From NCBI RefSeq assembly GCF_041146345.1, contig NW_027191415.1, positions 62,001-126,000 of the forward strand: DNA of 64,000 bases, written 5' to 3'. The notes beneath the pieces are model-generated. The model searched no databases. It was not told where the DNA came from and was given only the letters and a program-made list of their open reading frames with translations. The translations under genes were made by a program, and so were the position numbers. The DNA comes from Neodothiora populina. Its lineage: Eukaryota. Positions 1 through 11,932 of the stretch are shown here, piece after piece (within the stretch, counting starts at the first letter, position 1; each line of letters opens with the position of its first letter).

Positions 1-944
1 AGCTATGCGTCAATGAGACGCTGTTGATAAGATGACAAAGAATGTATTGTCGCGGCGACAATTGGAGGATGGTCAGTAAATGGTCGGAAAATGGTGGAGT
101 CTAGTATATAAAATTGCATTCATCCGAGTTTGTGCAGGACGGTGCAGGCGGATTGGTGCGGCGAGGGATACACGCAGTATGCCTATTATGGCGCAAGATA
201 ATTTGATGAAGAGAAAGAGAAACAGGTAGATGCAAGTTTCGAGTCGCTGGATGCCAGACAGGAATACACATGGAGGTGAATATGGAATCGCCGTAGACAT
301 ATGCATACAGTACTTGTTAGGTGAAGATGCTCGCGCGGTCGGCTACGGTACATGGCCAAGTGCGACTAGACCAGAAACAGAAAAGCGCTGGCGGCAGGTC
401 CGTACCCCAGGCATTGTGCATCTTGAGTTCTGAGGTGACGATTTCCCCTTTGTAAAACAAGTGCCGTACGAACTTGTGAATTCCTCTCCTTACCTTAAGG
501 TAGGTAAAGATCGATAATTAGCAATATCGTGGACCCTTGACCATTGTTGTGTTCTCAGCGCACGCTTTGACAATTGGAACTCAAGTCACAATTGCTTCCC
601 CAGAGAAAAGACCCTCGCCCTGTAGGAGGTGGAGCTTCCTGTACTGTAGCTTTCATTTCTAGATCGCCTAAGGTGTCATTGATCAATAAAGTCCGCTTTG
701 AGCATCGCAATTCGGTTGTTGTTATTGTCACATACCTTAGCTGACCTCACAGCACTTTATGCACCTGCCTTGTCCTTGATATTCGTGCACAATCTACAGC
801 TTCACCAGCACAACTCGATTACCTTCCAGTGTTGCATCAAACCACAATCTTCCCCCGCTCTTCATCAATTGTACCTTACTTGTAGCATCATACCACAACA
901 CCATCGTTGAACCCACTTTTATACCACGATATACACAATAAACC

Positions 945-2605
945 ATGTCGCACAAGAAGCCTCCGACCAACGAAGATTTGTTTGCAGCCCTTGACGAACT
1001 CCCCTCCGAGGACACTCCTGCAGTGGCATCATCCACCACTCCTCGTCCAGACGCAGCTGCTGCACCCACATCTTCCTCCTTGAGTCCACCACCAGCAGCG
1101 CCCGTTCCCGACGATGACGATCCACTGGCAGAGCTGAGTGCGCTGGCCGCTGCCCGTCCGACCTCGCGTCCCGGCACCCCTCGCCATTCAAGCGCCACGA
1201 CATCCAGCACGAGCACGAAACGAGCAGAACACACCCCCGCAAGCTCTGGTCCCCCTAGCAATAGAACGAGCGAGGACAGGTTGAGGGCTGTCGCACCATC
1301 TGCCCCGAGGAAGAGCACCGAGAGCAGCCGCAGTGCACTCAATCACAGCTTCATCGCCGAGGACAAGAACGAGTCAGCGACAGCGACAGCGACAGCAGCG
1401 GGCACAGACGACACCTCTCACCACACGCCAGAGCAGCCGGCTGCTTCGAGTGGTGGAGGCTGGTGGGGAAGTGTCTTCAATGTCGCTTCTGCTGCCGTCA
1501 AGCAGGCTGAGGCTGCCGTCAAGGAGATTCGTGGCAATGAGGAGGTGCTCAAGTACGCCGAGCAGGTCAAGGGCAATGCGAAGCTGCTGCGTGAGTACGG
1601 TATGTTTGTCTGATGATCATGTTGGGGAGGAATGATGCTGATGCGGACTTTGGTGCTCCAGGTGGCAATGTGCGCTCACTCGCCCTCCCTACCTTCCACT
1701 CCCTCATTCAGACCATCGCCCCGCCCATCTCTGCCCACGAGCGTCTACAGATTCACATCACCCACGATATCCAGGGCTACCCTTCGCTTGATCCTCTGAT
1801 CTACTCGGTCTTCGCCCGTGTCATGTCACAGGTCGAAGGCGGCGATCTCCTTGTCATCCAAAGAGGCAGCGAGTCTCGCGCCCGCTCTGTCTCGGATGCT
1901 GCTTACAAAGGCTCTGTCCTCGGCGGAAACTCTGGATGGACTGATGGCCCTTGGTGGCGTGACGAGAACCAGATCAGGGACATTGCAGCCATCCGCGGCG
2001 TGGTCGAGGGAACCAAGCTTGCGCGTGCCAACGCTGAAGCCTACGCCAATGACTTCTTCGCCAGCAGGGGTGGCATCGAAGAGGCGGCCAAGCAAGCCAC
2101 TCAGGTCTTGAGCGAGTCGAATCCCGTCAGAAGCTCCGACATCTTCCTTGCCATTCAGGCGATCACCATTGCGGGCGACAAGTCTCTGTTCCAGGGCTCC
2201 CCTCTCAAAAAGGACGACGCTGATGCCACTGTGCCCACTCCCGAAGAGGAAATCGAGGACACGACTGCCTTTGCCATTTTCCTGCACGACCCCATCCACT
2301 CTCTTTCTTTCTCTGCACTGTCACAATCCTTCCCTGCCAAGTGGTCAGCCTGGTTAGATGAGAGCTCGGCCGGTCCCGACGCTCTGCCCGAAAGCATCAG
2401 GGAGATTGTCGAGTCAGGCGGTATCGATCCCAGGGAATGGACTGCTGAATGGATGGAGGAGACTCTGAGCCTCAGCATTGGCATCATCGCTCAACGCTAC
2501 GTCGCTAAGAGAATGGGTGTTGGCGAGGGCGGTCTCGGTCACGGAAAGGCCAAGGAGAGGGCCGACGAGGCTGCCGCTGCTGGTGAAGCCGCGAGGGCAT
2601 TGTAG
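945..2605 (+). CDS. MTC1: Maintenance of telomere capping protein 1 family protein (532 aa; exons 945-1599, 1662-2605)
   Basis: Two ORFs joined in frame by intron 1600-1661 (GTATGT...GCTGAT...CCAG). Low-complexity N-terminus, GGWWG motif and the block ALPTF..IAPPISAHERLQIHITHD..YPSLDPLIYSVFARVMSQVEGG typical of fungal Mtc1. Confidence 0.8.
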
Positions 2606-2916
2606 TTACTCCGAATGCTTATCTTGTTTTTACGATTATTCCCTCGTCTCACGCTTTATCGTGTGGTGTCTGGCGCTCGGGACTATTGAGGTGGACAGTA
2701 TACGAGAGAGCGACGACTTTTTCTTGCGGCGTTATCCATACAGGCTAATGACAGTTCAACATCGATGACATCTGTCCATTTCCTGGCCGAAGACCTTCCT
2801 TGTAAACCATGCAAGTGAGTCCGTTAACTACCATCGTTACAGACACCGGTGAGCTTTCCTCATTGATACGAATTTGCAGTACAATATACCATCGCGACTC
2901 TGTCCATTACATAATC

Positions 2917-3027
2917 GGCACTGTGGCGGAGTGGTTAACGCGTTAGACTCGAAACTCGGAGGGTCACCTCCTGGGAAATAGTCATCTAATACTTTCGGGT
3001 GCACAGGTTCGAGTCCTGTCAGTGTCG
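2917..3027 (+). tRNA. tRNA-Ser(CGA) with 30-nt intron (2954-2983)
   Basis: Acceptor stem GGCACTG/CAGTGTC, D arm GCG-GAGTGGTTAA-CGC, anticodon stem TTAGA/TCTAA with CT-CGA-A loop interrupted after position 37, long variable arm TACT-TTCG-GGTG, T arm ACAGG-TTCGAGT-CCTGT, discriminator G, followed by a T-run (Pol III terminator). Confidence 0.95.
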
Positions 3028-6000
3028 CGTTTCTTTTTGGTTTTTCTCCCTGCATACCTCTACGGTCTCCGTACACTCACATATAACAAAACAGACCTTT
3101 TACCGTCTGCACAATCTGTTCTGAGATCCGATGGCAATAGCCAGCAACGTCGGCATGGATGGACATTTTCACTATCTCGAGGGATCGAAGTGACGACGGG
3201 ACCATGCATACCCAAGGTAGCTATTAGACGAAAGCACGATACACTTTCGGAGTCTAAGATGGATCTTTTCTCGTTACCTTGATCTGCACATTTCATCTCA
3301 CGCACGTGTCGTCAGTTGTGACTTTACACTCAGAGTTCACAAGTGACATATTACTTCTTACCTAAGCTGTAGAGGACGATCAAAACTCTGCATGGAAGTC
3401 AACTCCGGAAGTATAAACCATGCTCCAAAGAGCCTCAGGGTACAGTAGAGCAAGGTACCCACCTCGTTTCGATGTTGACCAGTACGCGAGAGACGGGGCT
3501 GTACCCACAATACAGATATCACAATTCATCTTGCGATTCAATATGTAGAGTCGCGCAGTAACAAAGATCGAGGACGATCCTGAAGATCGTTCTTACTTTT
3601 TAGACGCAAGAAGGAAAAGCAGGTACAGGTAAACGTCTTGGGGGCTGAAAAGTCGAGCAGTCAAGCAAACATGGCGCGAGAATAAGGTATGTGGTAAGAT
3701 AGGGCGGGTGAAGGCTGCTTGATGACGATGGTTATGATGAATGATGACGGCTCTGGGTGGATGATCTAAGGTCATGGTGGTTGTGTACATGCTGTATCTT
3801 TCCTTCGGACGTAGAATGACGACGATGAATCAAGGTCAAATGATGAACATGTTTGTAGGTGATCAATGGTCGTGGGTGGGAGACTAGCATGCACTATATC
3901 ACTGCTGACTTCTCGTCTGTACTTTGTAGCTGTAAAGAGCATGACCTAGAGCAGCAACATATAGAACAAGTGTTGATATCACTCAAGTGGTGTTCTTGTA
4001 CTTTAGCGATGCTACACACCATACTGCTAGGGTCACTATTGCGGAGCATGCGGCCCAGCGGATAGTACATGTAGTATATTGTCATGTAGAGGCTAAAGCA
4101 AGTGAAGGTGGGGAGGGTCCCTCAGTACCTTAGTCTTGCCTGCTTCTCGGTGCTTCAGCCCGTCAGTGATTACTGGACAATGTTGAATGACAAACACTTT
4201 GGAGGTACAGTAATATGATCAACTGATATCGATGTCTAGCAACTGTGGAGGCCAATGGCTTCTGCGTTCGCCCTACTTCCAACGCACCTTAGCTCATCAC
4301 ACCATGGCGCTTGAGATTTCCAAGGAACAAGAACGACTTAATATAGCAACGTACTGCAAGTGCCGCAGCAAAACGCCTGAAATTTGGAAGGATTCTCGTT
4401 GCAGGTCGATTGTTTCTCATGTATTGCAGATCCTTCATATCCTGTTGGTGTCCATACCTCCCAGGTGGATTACAAGTATCACCGCTGTGCATAACACATA
4501 TGCCTTCCTTTGTTAAAACCAGATGCACGACGACACGTTGCCGACCTCACCTCTGATGGACAACACGCTCAACCGCGAGTACTTGTTCAAGTTTACATCT
4601 GCATGCTTCCCCTGCTATCAGCACTAAGAGCAGAGCAGGCCAGAGGGCCCCACATTCATTGAGAAAAACAAAACACGAGTGCGGATCGCACACACTACTC
4701 TACCAGTTACTCACAGCATGCACACGGCAGCTGTTGAACTTATTGTTCGAATACTGCATTTCAACCCCAGAGAAACCGCTATACAAGTATTGACCGTGAC
4801 ATCATGGTGGAGTCGGGCACGCGGGTGGAGGACCCTGCTGATCGTTAGGAAATCCCTCCATGACGTCGCCTCGGCGCGCCGCCAACGATACAGCATGTGT
4901 TCATTTCGACGACGGGCAAACGTGCGAGCATGTGTAAGCGCTCGCGTGCAAAGTGACAGAATCAAGCTGAGATACGGGGAACGGACCCTCCCCGACGTTC
5001 CTTGTATACAGCAGGAAAAGCAAGACAAGGCATTGCTGGTTTCGTAGAGCTGTTTCTTGTTGCTTGGGGGCGCTGGCAATCATGGCGTAGGTAGCGGTTG
5101 TCGAACCGGAACGAGATTACTGTACCTTGCCGGAGCGGCATCCTATGAATTGTGCCGTGCTGAAGGTTGAGTTGACCCTGCAGCGTCGAGAGGAACGACG
5201 ACAAGGTCTTTGCTACGATTGGCTTTTCCATCGAGTCAAACAAACTGTCTCACTGGAAAGTGTAGTCATGACGAGCAGAAGTAAGGTAGGTTGGCATAGC
5301 CAGGTCATATACTATCACTGCCCTGAACAATCATGAAAGTCATTGCGGAGGAATAACGAGGCCCACGCACGTCTGGTACCGCTGAGATCCGGGCTCATAA
5401 GCCCAAGGGCAAAACTTTATGCTTTTCATAGGGCCCACTAGGCGGAGATTCCCTCAAGTCATATCTAACAGGTCTCCTCATACAATATTGTAGCCCAAAC
5501 CATTCTCGTGTTCCACAACCTGCTCATCCACAACCCCTTCCACTACTGCCCATTCTGTTTTCTCTTGGCCCTCACCCGTAACGTCGCCTCATACACGGGC
5601 CGTCTGCATCGGGAATCGAATATCGTCAGAAGCGGGGTACTTTCCTAACGAGACCTAAGCCGAGACTTCAGGCTACGCATATTCATTCTGTGTGGAACGC
5701 CGGTTGCATTCAAAACCCCCTGGGAAACTCATCATCGATCCTAGATAGTTCCGTCCTCTGACTGGAATCACGCCCACTCAAAGCAAGATTAGACGCGAGA
5801 TCGACTACTAGTAGGCTCTTCCTTGCAAAGGGAGCAGGTATCATGTGGAAAATAGAGGTATGACACTTGTTCATTTGCGCACGTCTTGTCTGTCCATCAC
5901 GCTTTCTAAGCTCCCCATTCCTGCCTTCGTATGTTCCTGACTCGCGACTCCTCACTGTCGCTGTGCCCACATCTATCCTTCCAGCGGTCGACTTGAGAAA

Positions 6001-6485
6001 ATTCTACATATTCGTGAATGTCTCGTCTTCAAGAGGACGGGAGGGACCGGCAGAGTATCATCCAAATGGGCTGGGTCATTCCTCGATAGCACCCAACAAA
6101 GAAATTACACGCTTTTACCCCGGTTTTGTGCAATACGTCACTAGCACCATGAGGCGCCCTATGACGCACTACCATGCGACCACAACACTCTGATGCTGCA
6201 GATGGTTGACGTCCTTTCCCTGCCCTGCATTTTACATCACATCTCACTCTTGCACTACCGCCTACCCGTTGCTACCTTGCAATTAATTCCACTGCACCCC
6301 CTTTCATCCCACCCTTCAAAGCATCTGCACCATTCTCTGGTAGTGTTTTAGAAAAGAGAAAAAGTCACATTTCCTCACGCAGCCCGACACGAACTGACGA
6401 CTGATCCGTGATCTTCATCTGCCTTACTTCCTTTGTTATACATCAGCGGCGTCACGCCTGCAATCACCTTATACCTTACTAAGCC

Positions 6486-8752
6486 ATGTCTACCATACAG
6501 AACCTCAAAAACTTCATTCGTCACGGCAAGCAGGCTCGCGATGCAAAAGCGCAGCCTGACCAAGCAGCCGTGTCGAACGTGCATGCTCAACACACACGCT
6601 ACAACAACAACACCCAGAGCAGTCCGCGGGCTAACGAGCAACGTCAACACGATCAGTATGCCATGAGTGACCCCAATGTGTACGCTCATCAGCCTCTGCA
6701 AGCCAACGCTGCCCAAGGTGACTTCTCTCTCGCTGCAGGTGGCGACAACCGAAATGTTGCTGCCAGGGCAGGCCAGGCTGCCGGACACGCAATTGACCAG
6801 CAACAAAAGAAGCAGCAACAAAAGAAAGAAGTCGATCCCGAAGTGCTAGAGCGCATCGTTGCCGAGGAACGGGAAAGTAAGGGTAAACTACCCAAGTATC
6901 CTGGACTGGAAAGATGGCAACTTGTGGAGAAGATGGGTGATGGCGCCTTCAGCAATGTCTACCGAGCAAAAGACACTACTGGAGTTCACGCAGAAGTCGC
7001 CATCAAAGTTGTGAGAAAATTCGAGATGAACTCCACACAGGTATGACTGAACACATCCCTTTGGCTCGTTCTCCTTAATCTTCTCTTCCTTTATCATTCT
7101 ACAAAAACGCTCCATATACCAACTGCGGTACTAAATATAGGGCGACGATGTGCTTCATCCAGACTACAAGAAGCAGCCAAGGGGCGTGGAGGTGCGCACC
7201 GTTTCTCTTTCTTTTTTTTTTTTTCTCAATTCTCTATGATATCTTCTGGTTCTTTTGTGGAAAACATCTGATCAGGATTCTGACGTCGTAATTCGCAGCG
7301 TGCCAATATCCTCAAGGAGGTGCAAATAATGCGACAGCTTGACCACCCCAACATTGTCAAGCTCATCGAGTTCCAAGAAGCTCGCCAGTACTACTACATT
7401 GTGCTTGAGCTCTGCCCCGGCGGCGAGCTCTTCCACCAGATTGTCCGCCTCACCTACTTCAGCGAGGATCTATCAAGACACGTCATCACGCAGGTCGCCA
7501 ACGCCCTGCACTACCTACACGAAGAGGCTGGTGTCGTGCATCGGTATGTGTTTTTGTACCACAATTTGCACCGTTCACAGGAACTGACGTAGACTATAGT
7601 GATATCAAACCCGAGAACCTGCTTTTCTACCCGACTCCGTTCATTCCCACCAGGAACCCTAAGCCTAGAGGACCTGATGATGAGGACAAGGCAGACGAAG
7701 GTGAATATATTAAGGGCATCGGTGCTGGAGGCATCGGAACCATCAAGCTCGCCGACTTTGGTCTCAGCAAGGTGATCTGGGACAGCCAGACCATGACGCC
7801 TTGCGGCACTGTCGGCTACACTGCCCCTGAGATTGTCAAAGATGAACGCTACTCCAAGAGTGTGGACATGTGGGCTCTTGGTTGTGTGCTATACACTCTT
7901 CTTTGTGGTTTCCCTCCCTTTTATGACGAGAGCATCCAGGTGCTCACTGAGAAGGTCGCCAAGGGACAATATACTTTCCTATCACCGTGGTGGGACGACA
8001 TCTCGAAATCGGCACAAGACCTCGTATCACACTTGCTCACTGTGGATCCTGAGAAGCGTTATGACATTACCCAGTTCTTGGAACATCCTTGGATTCGCGA
8101 GTCCAACGAGGAGACCAGAGCCGCTGCTGACGCACCTCCTCTTGCTACTCCCCTCTACAGGCAACAGCAGTCAGCCGGACTCGAGCCTCCTCTGGCTTCT
8201 AGCTTCGCTTATCTCGACGAGACGCCCGGCAACGGCAGAAGAGTGGACTTCAGATCACCCGGCGCAGTCAACCTGCGTGAGGTCTTCGACGTTTCTTATG
8301 CGGTGCACAGACAAGAAGAGGAGGGCAAGCGCCGCAAGAACTTCAAGCAAGGTTACCGCGGCGCCCAAGGTCTCAACTCTCTCAACGCGCTTGACGAAGA
8401 ATTCGATGATGATGAAGAGGAGTACAACGCTTCTTCTCAGCCGTATGATTCCAGCAGCGCGAACCCGCCGGCCAAGTTGCCAAAGGCCAGTGCGCCTGAC
8501 GTGACCGGAGTGGAACAGAAGATGCGCAACACGAGCCTCTCCGCAGCAGCACAAGCAAGACAGCAAAGCGCGCAGCCCAAGCAGCAGGAGCGCGGGTACG
8601 GTCAACACAGTGCCGCCGTTGCCAGCGCCGCGAGACGTCAAGTCAAGAACAAGGGCGTGTTCGAGCTCAGCCTGGACAACTCGACATTGTTGGGCAAGCG
8701 TCGCAACAAGCCCGACCCCAGCAGACTTCGCGAGCAGCTCACAGTCCAATAG
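6486..8752 (+). CDS. srk1: MAPK-activated CAMK-family Ser/Thr kinase Srk1/Rck2 (667 aa; exons 6486-7040, 7141-7191, 7299-7543, 7600-8752)
   Basis: N-terminal MSTIQNLKNFIRHGKQAR, GDGAFS G-loop, VAIK, HRDIKPEN across a splice junction, LADFGLSK, TPCGTVGYTAPE and C-terminal FELSLDNSTLL.RR. All three introns are GT-AG and keep the frame. Confidence 0.92.
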
Positions 8753-9628
8753 GCGTCTACTACCTGTCGCCTAAGTAAGCAACATAATTTGAACACTTTG
8801 CATTTTCGATAGATGGATGCATGGGTGGCGAAGAGAGCACGTGTCATGGCCTGCTTGTCTTTGTCCACACTGCCGTTTTTACTTTTCGACTTTGACCTTT
8901 CAGCATGACCTGGATGGTCGTTATTTTCATGCACACTCATGGACGCGAACGAGGGAGGAGTTTACTACAAAGACCTCCCGCTAAGCGGTGTGTCAATATG
9001 GGCACTTTTCAGAGATTATGGAAAGGGCGTACGACGGCCATCGGGTTGACATTGAGCACAGCGGCGTTTCGATTAACAGGAGTAGTGATTTCTTGCTTTT
9101 GTTTCTGCTTTTCCAACGGTATTGGGCATGTCGCCTGCTTTTCCTTGCAAACTCTTCTGTCACTATGGGACGGGGTCTGCTCTCACTCGGTCTCCCTTCT
9201 CTTGTTTCACGAGACGATGTATGTTTTTGTCACGAGATGTCCTACGGTTTTATTGTGTTTTAGCACACTACACAGCGCATAGTGTTTTTTCCATGAAAAT
9301 CCAACATAACATTCTATTGACCTGTTTTTCGTCAGCTTGGTGATTTGATGTATTATGCAGTAGACACCAGGTCAATTAATCATCATACTGTATACCTCAA
9401 GTGGTGTAAGGTACAGTACCTTACTGTGTTAGGTGACTGGAATCGAATCGAGGTGCCGCCAAGAGAATGCCCCTCATGAGTCATAAAATAATTGTGTGAC
9501 GAACAAGTCGGTCCCGCAGTCCAGCGCCAAAGATTGAATGAATCGATGAATAACTGATATACGAAAACCATACATCTGAGTCAATACAACAGACCCTATA
9601 AAAACAAGCAGATACAAGAAAAACAGAA

Positions 9629-11447
9629 ATGGTCGGACAACGTGGCCCCGTGCCGGTTCCGCTGGAGAAGGGAAACCGAGACCTGACGCAGGAAGTGCTG
9701 GACAAACTCGATAGCAAACAATCACCGCTGCAGACCAGCGACGACTTCCCGGATGTGTCACAGAGCGAGATCAAGGCGGCGCTGGACCGTCTGGCCTCGC
9801 GGTCCATGCTGGTTTATGAGACCAAGGACTCGGAGCAGGTGCAGTTGACCGGCGAGGGCGAGCAGATTGCCAATGAGGGCAGTCACGAGTACAAGGTCTG
9901 GGCTGCGGTGCACAAGGAGGGCAAGTTGGCATTGAAGGAGCTTCCGGTATGATTTTGTTTATTCATCTATTCATTTTCTTTTCCTTCTTCATGTTTTCTG
10001 CGTCATCTAAAAAGAAAGAGAGAGAAAGGAGATGGACATCTCAAAAGAGAGAGAGATCACATGGCTGATTTCATGTCTTTCTGATCATACAGTCAAAAGT
10101 CGGCGCCGACAGTGCAAAGGTCGGCCAGGGCAATGCGTTCAAACTCAAGTGGATCAAGAAATATGGCGACCAATTGGTGCCTCTGGTGGATTCTCCCGAA
10201 GACACAACCCGCAAGGCGCTCCAAGGCGTCCAGGCGACCAAGACTCTGTCTGACAGCAAGCAACTGGCCGACTTCAAGAAGCGAAAGCTCGTCGTCGTCA
10301 CCAAGATCATCCACTACACCGTCCAAAAGGGACCCAAGTATGCCAAGGAGATCCCCGTCGAGGTCACCGACATCACACCAGAGATGCTCGAGAGCGGCAG
10401 CTGGCAGACGGCCAACTTCAAGCCATACAACTTTGCCGCCAAGGGAGCGGTGCAGAACGCTGGCGCACTGCATCCGCTGAACAAGGTGCGAGAGGAGTTC
10501 AGGAAGATTTTCTTCCATCAGGGTTTCGTCGAGATGCCGACGGCAAGGTGATTTTTGGTGTTTTTGTCGTGTTTTCTTTTCCTTCAATACTTACGTCCGA
10601 CAACAGATACGTCGACAGCGGCTTCTGGAACTTCGATGCTCTTTTCGTCCCCCAGCAACATCCTGCTCGTGATCTCCAAGACACCTTCTACGTGTCCGAC
10701 CCAGCCTTCGCCGACGAACCTCGCGCCGACCCGGCGGCAGATGCAGCCCTGGACGCCATGGAATCCGATGCCCAACTCTACGACCCCAAGACCAAGATCC
10801 ACGACGCCAGCAAGCTCGACTACGCGCAATACTACAAGAACGTGCGCGAGACGCATCAAGACGGCAAATACGGCTCCATCGGCTACCGCTACCCCTTCGC
10901 CGACGCCGAGACGAAGCGTCTGGTCCTGCGCACCCACACGACCGCAGTGTCGACCTACTGCCTGCACCGTCTGGCCGCCAACCCGCGCCCATGCCGCTAC
11001 TTCTCCATCGACCGCGTCTTCCGCAACGAAACGGTCGACGCCACCCATCTGGCAGAGTTCCACCAGGTCGAGGGCGTCATCGCCGACTACGACCTGACGC
11101 TCGGAGGCCTCATGGCCTTCCTCGAGGCCTTCTTCGCCAAACTCGGCATTTTCAACCTGCGCTTCAAGCCGGCGTACAACCCCTACACGGAGCCGTCGAT
11201 GGAGGTCTTTGGCTTCCACAAAGGATTAGGCAAGTGGGTCGAGATTGGCAACTCGGGAATGTTCAGACCCGAGATGCTCGAGCCCATGGGTCTGCCCAAG
11301 GATCTGAGGGTCTATGGCTTCGGATTGAGTCTCGAGAGACCGACCATGATCAAGTATGCCGTCAGCAATATCCGTGATTTGCTTGGTCACAAGGTCGATT
11401 TGAATTTCATCGAGAGCAACGCTGCCGTCAGACTCGACAAGGACTAG
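9629..11447 (+). CDS. FRS2: Cytoplasmic phenylalanyl-tRNA synthetase alpha subunit (537 aa; exons 9629-9946, 10093-10547, 10607-11447)
   Basis: [79 protein letters not shown] motifs. Canonical introns, frame consistent. Confidence 0.96.
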
Positions 11448-11932
11448 AATACGTTATGCTTTTCGTTCTATGAGGGTTTTCAAAAAGGAAAGAAGAACAA
11501 ATGGGATACGATATATATACATTAGAGTATTCTGGAAAAACGAGCACGTCTTTATTTTTATGTCGTTCACGTGAAAAGTGGTGGCGACGAAAGAACCAGA
11601 TGAGAATTGAGAAGGACGAAGGCTAAGGCAACTGGGACTTGTGTTCTAAGAAGGCGCAGCGCGTGTGAATTACTGCGCTTTCCTATTGCGAAAAGTAGGT
11701 GCTCTCGATTCTCTGCCTGCACTGTCTGTCTGTCTCTCTGAAAAGTCGGTCATGTCAATGCCTCTGCTTTTCATTTCTCTGCTTTTCTCATTCATACAAT
11801 ACATACATAGATACAATGAATTCTCTCCTCAATCTTCACAGCTTGAAAGACAAAGAAAAAAAAAAGGTCTTTTGGATAATATTACACGTTGAAGCGAAGA
11901 CAAGAGGGGTGGAGAGACGCAAAGAAAAGCGG

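Noticed and set aside
3030..6400. Short ORFs between the tRNA and srk1, and likewise in 17900-22100, 36400-37450 and 43520-45000
   Set aside because: No recognisable motifs, coding-like bias or consistent splice models; treated as intergenic or UTR sequence.
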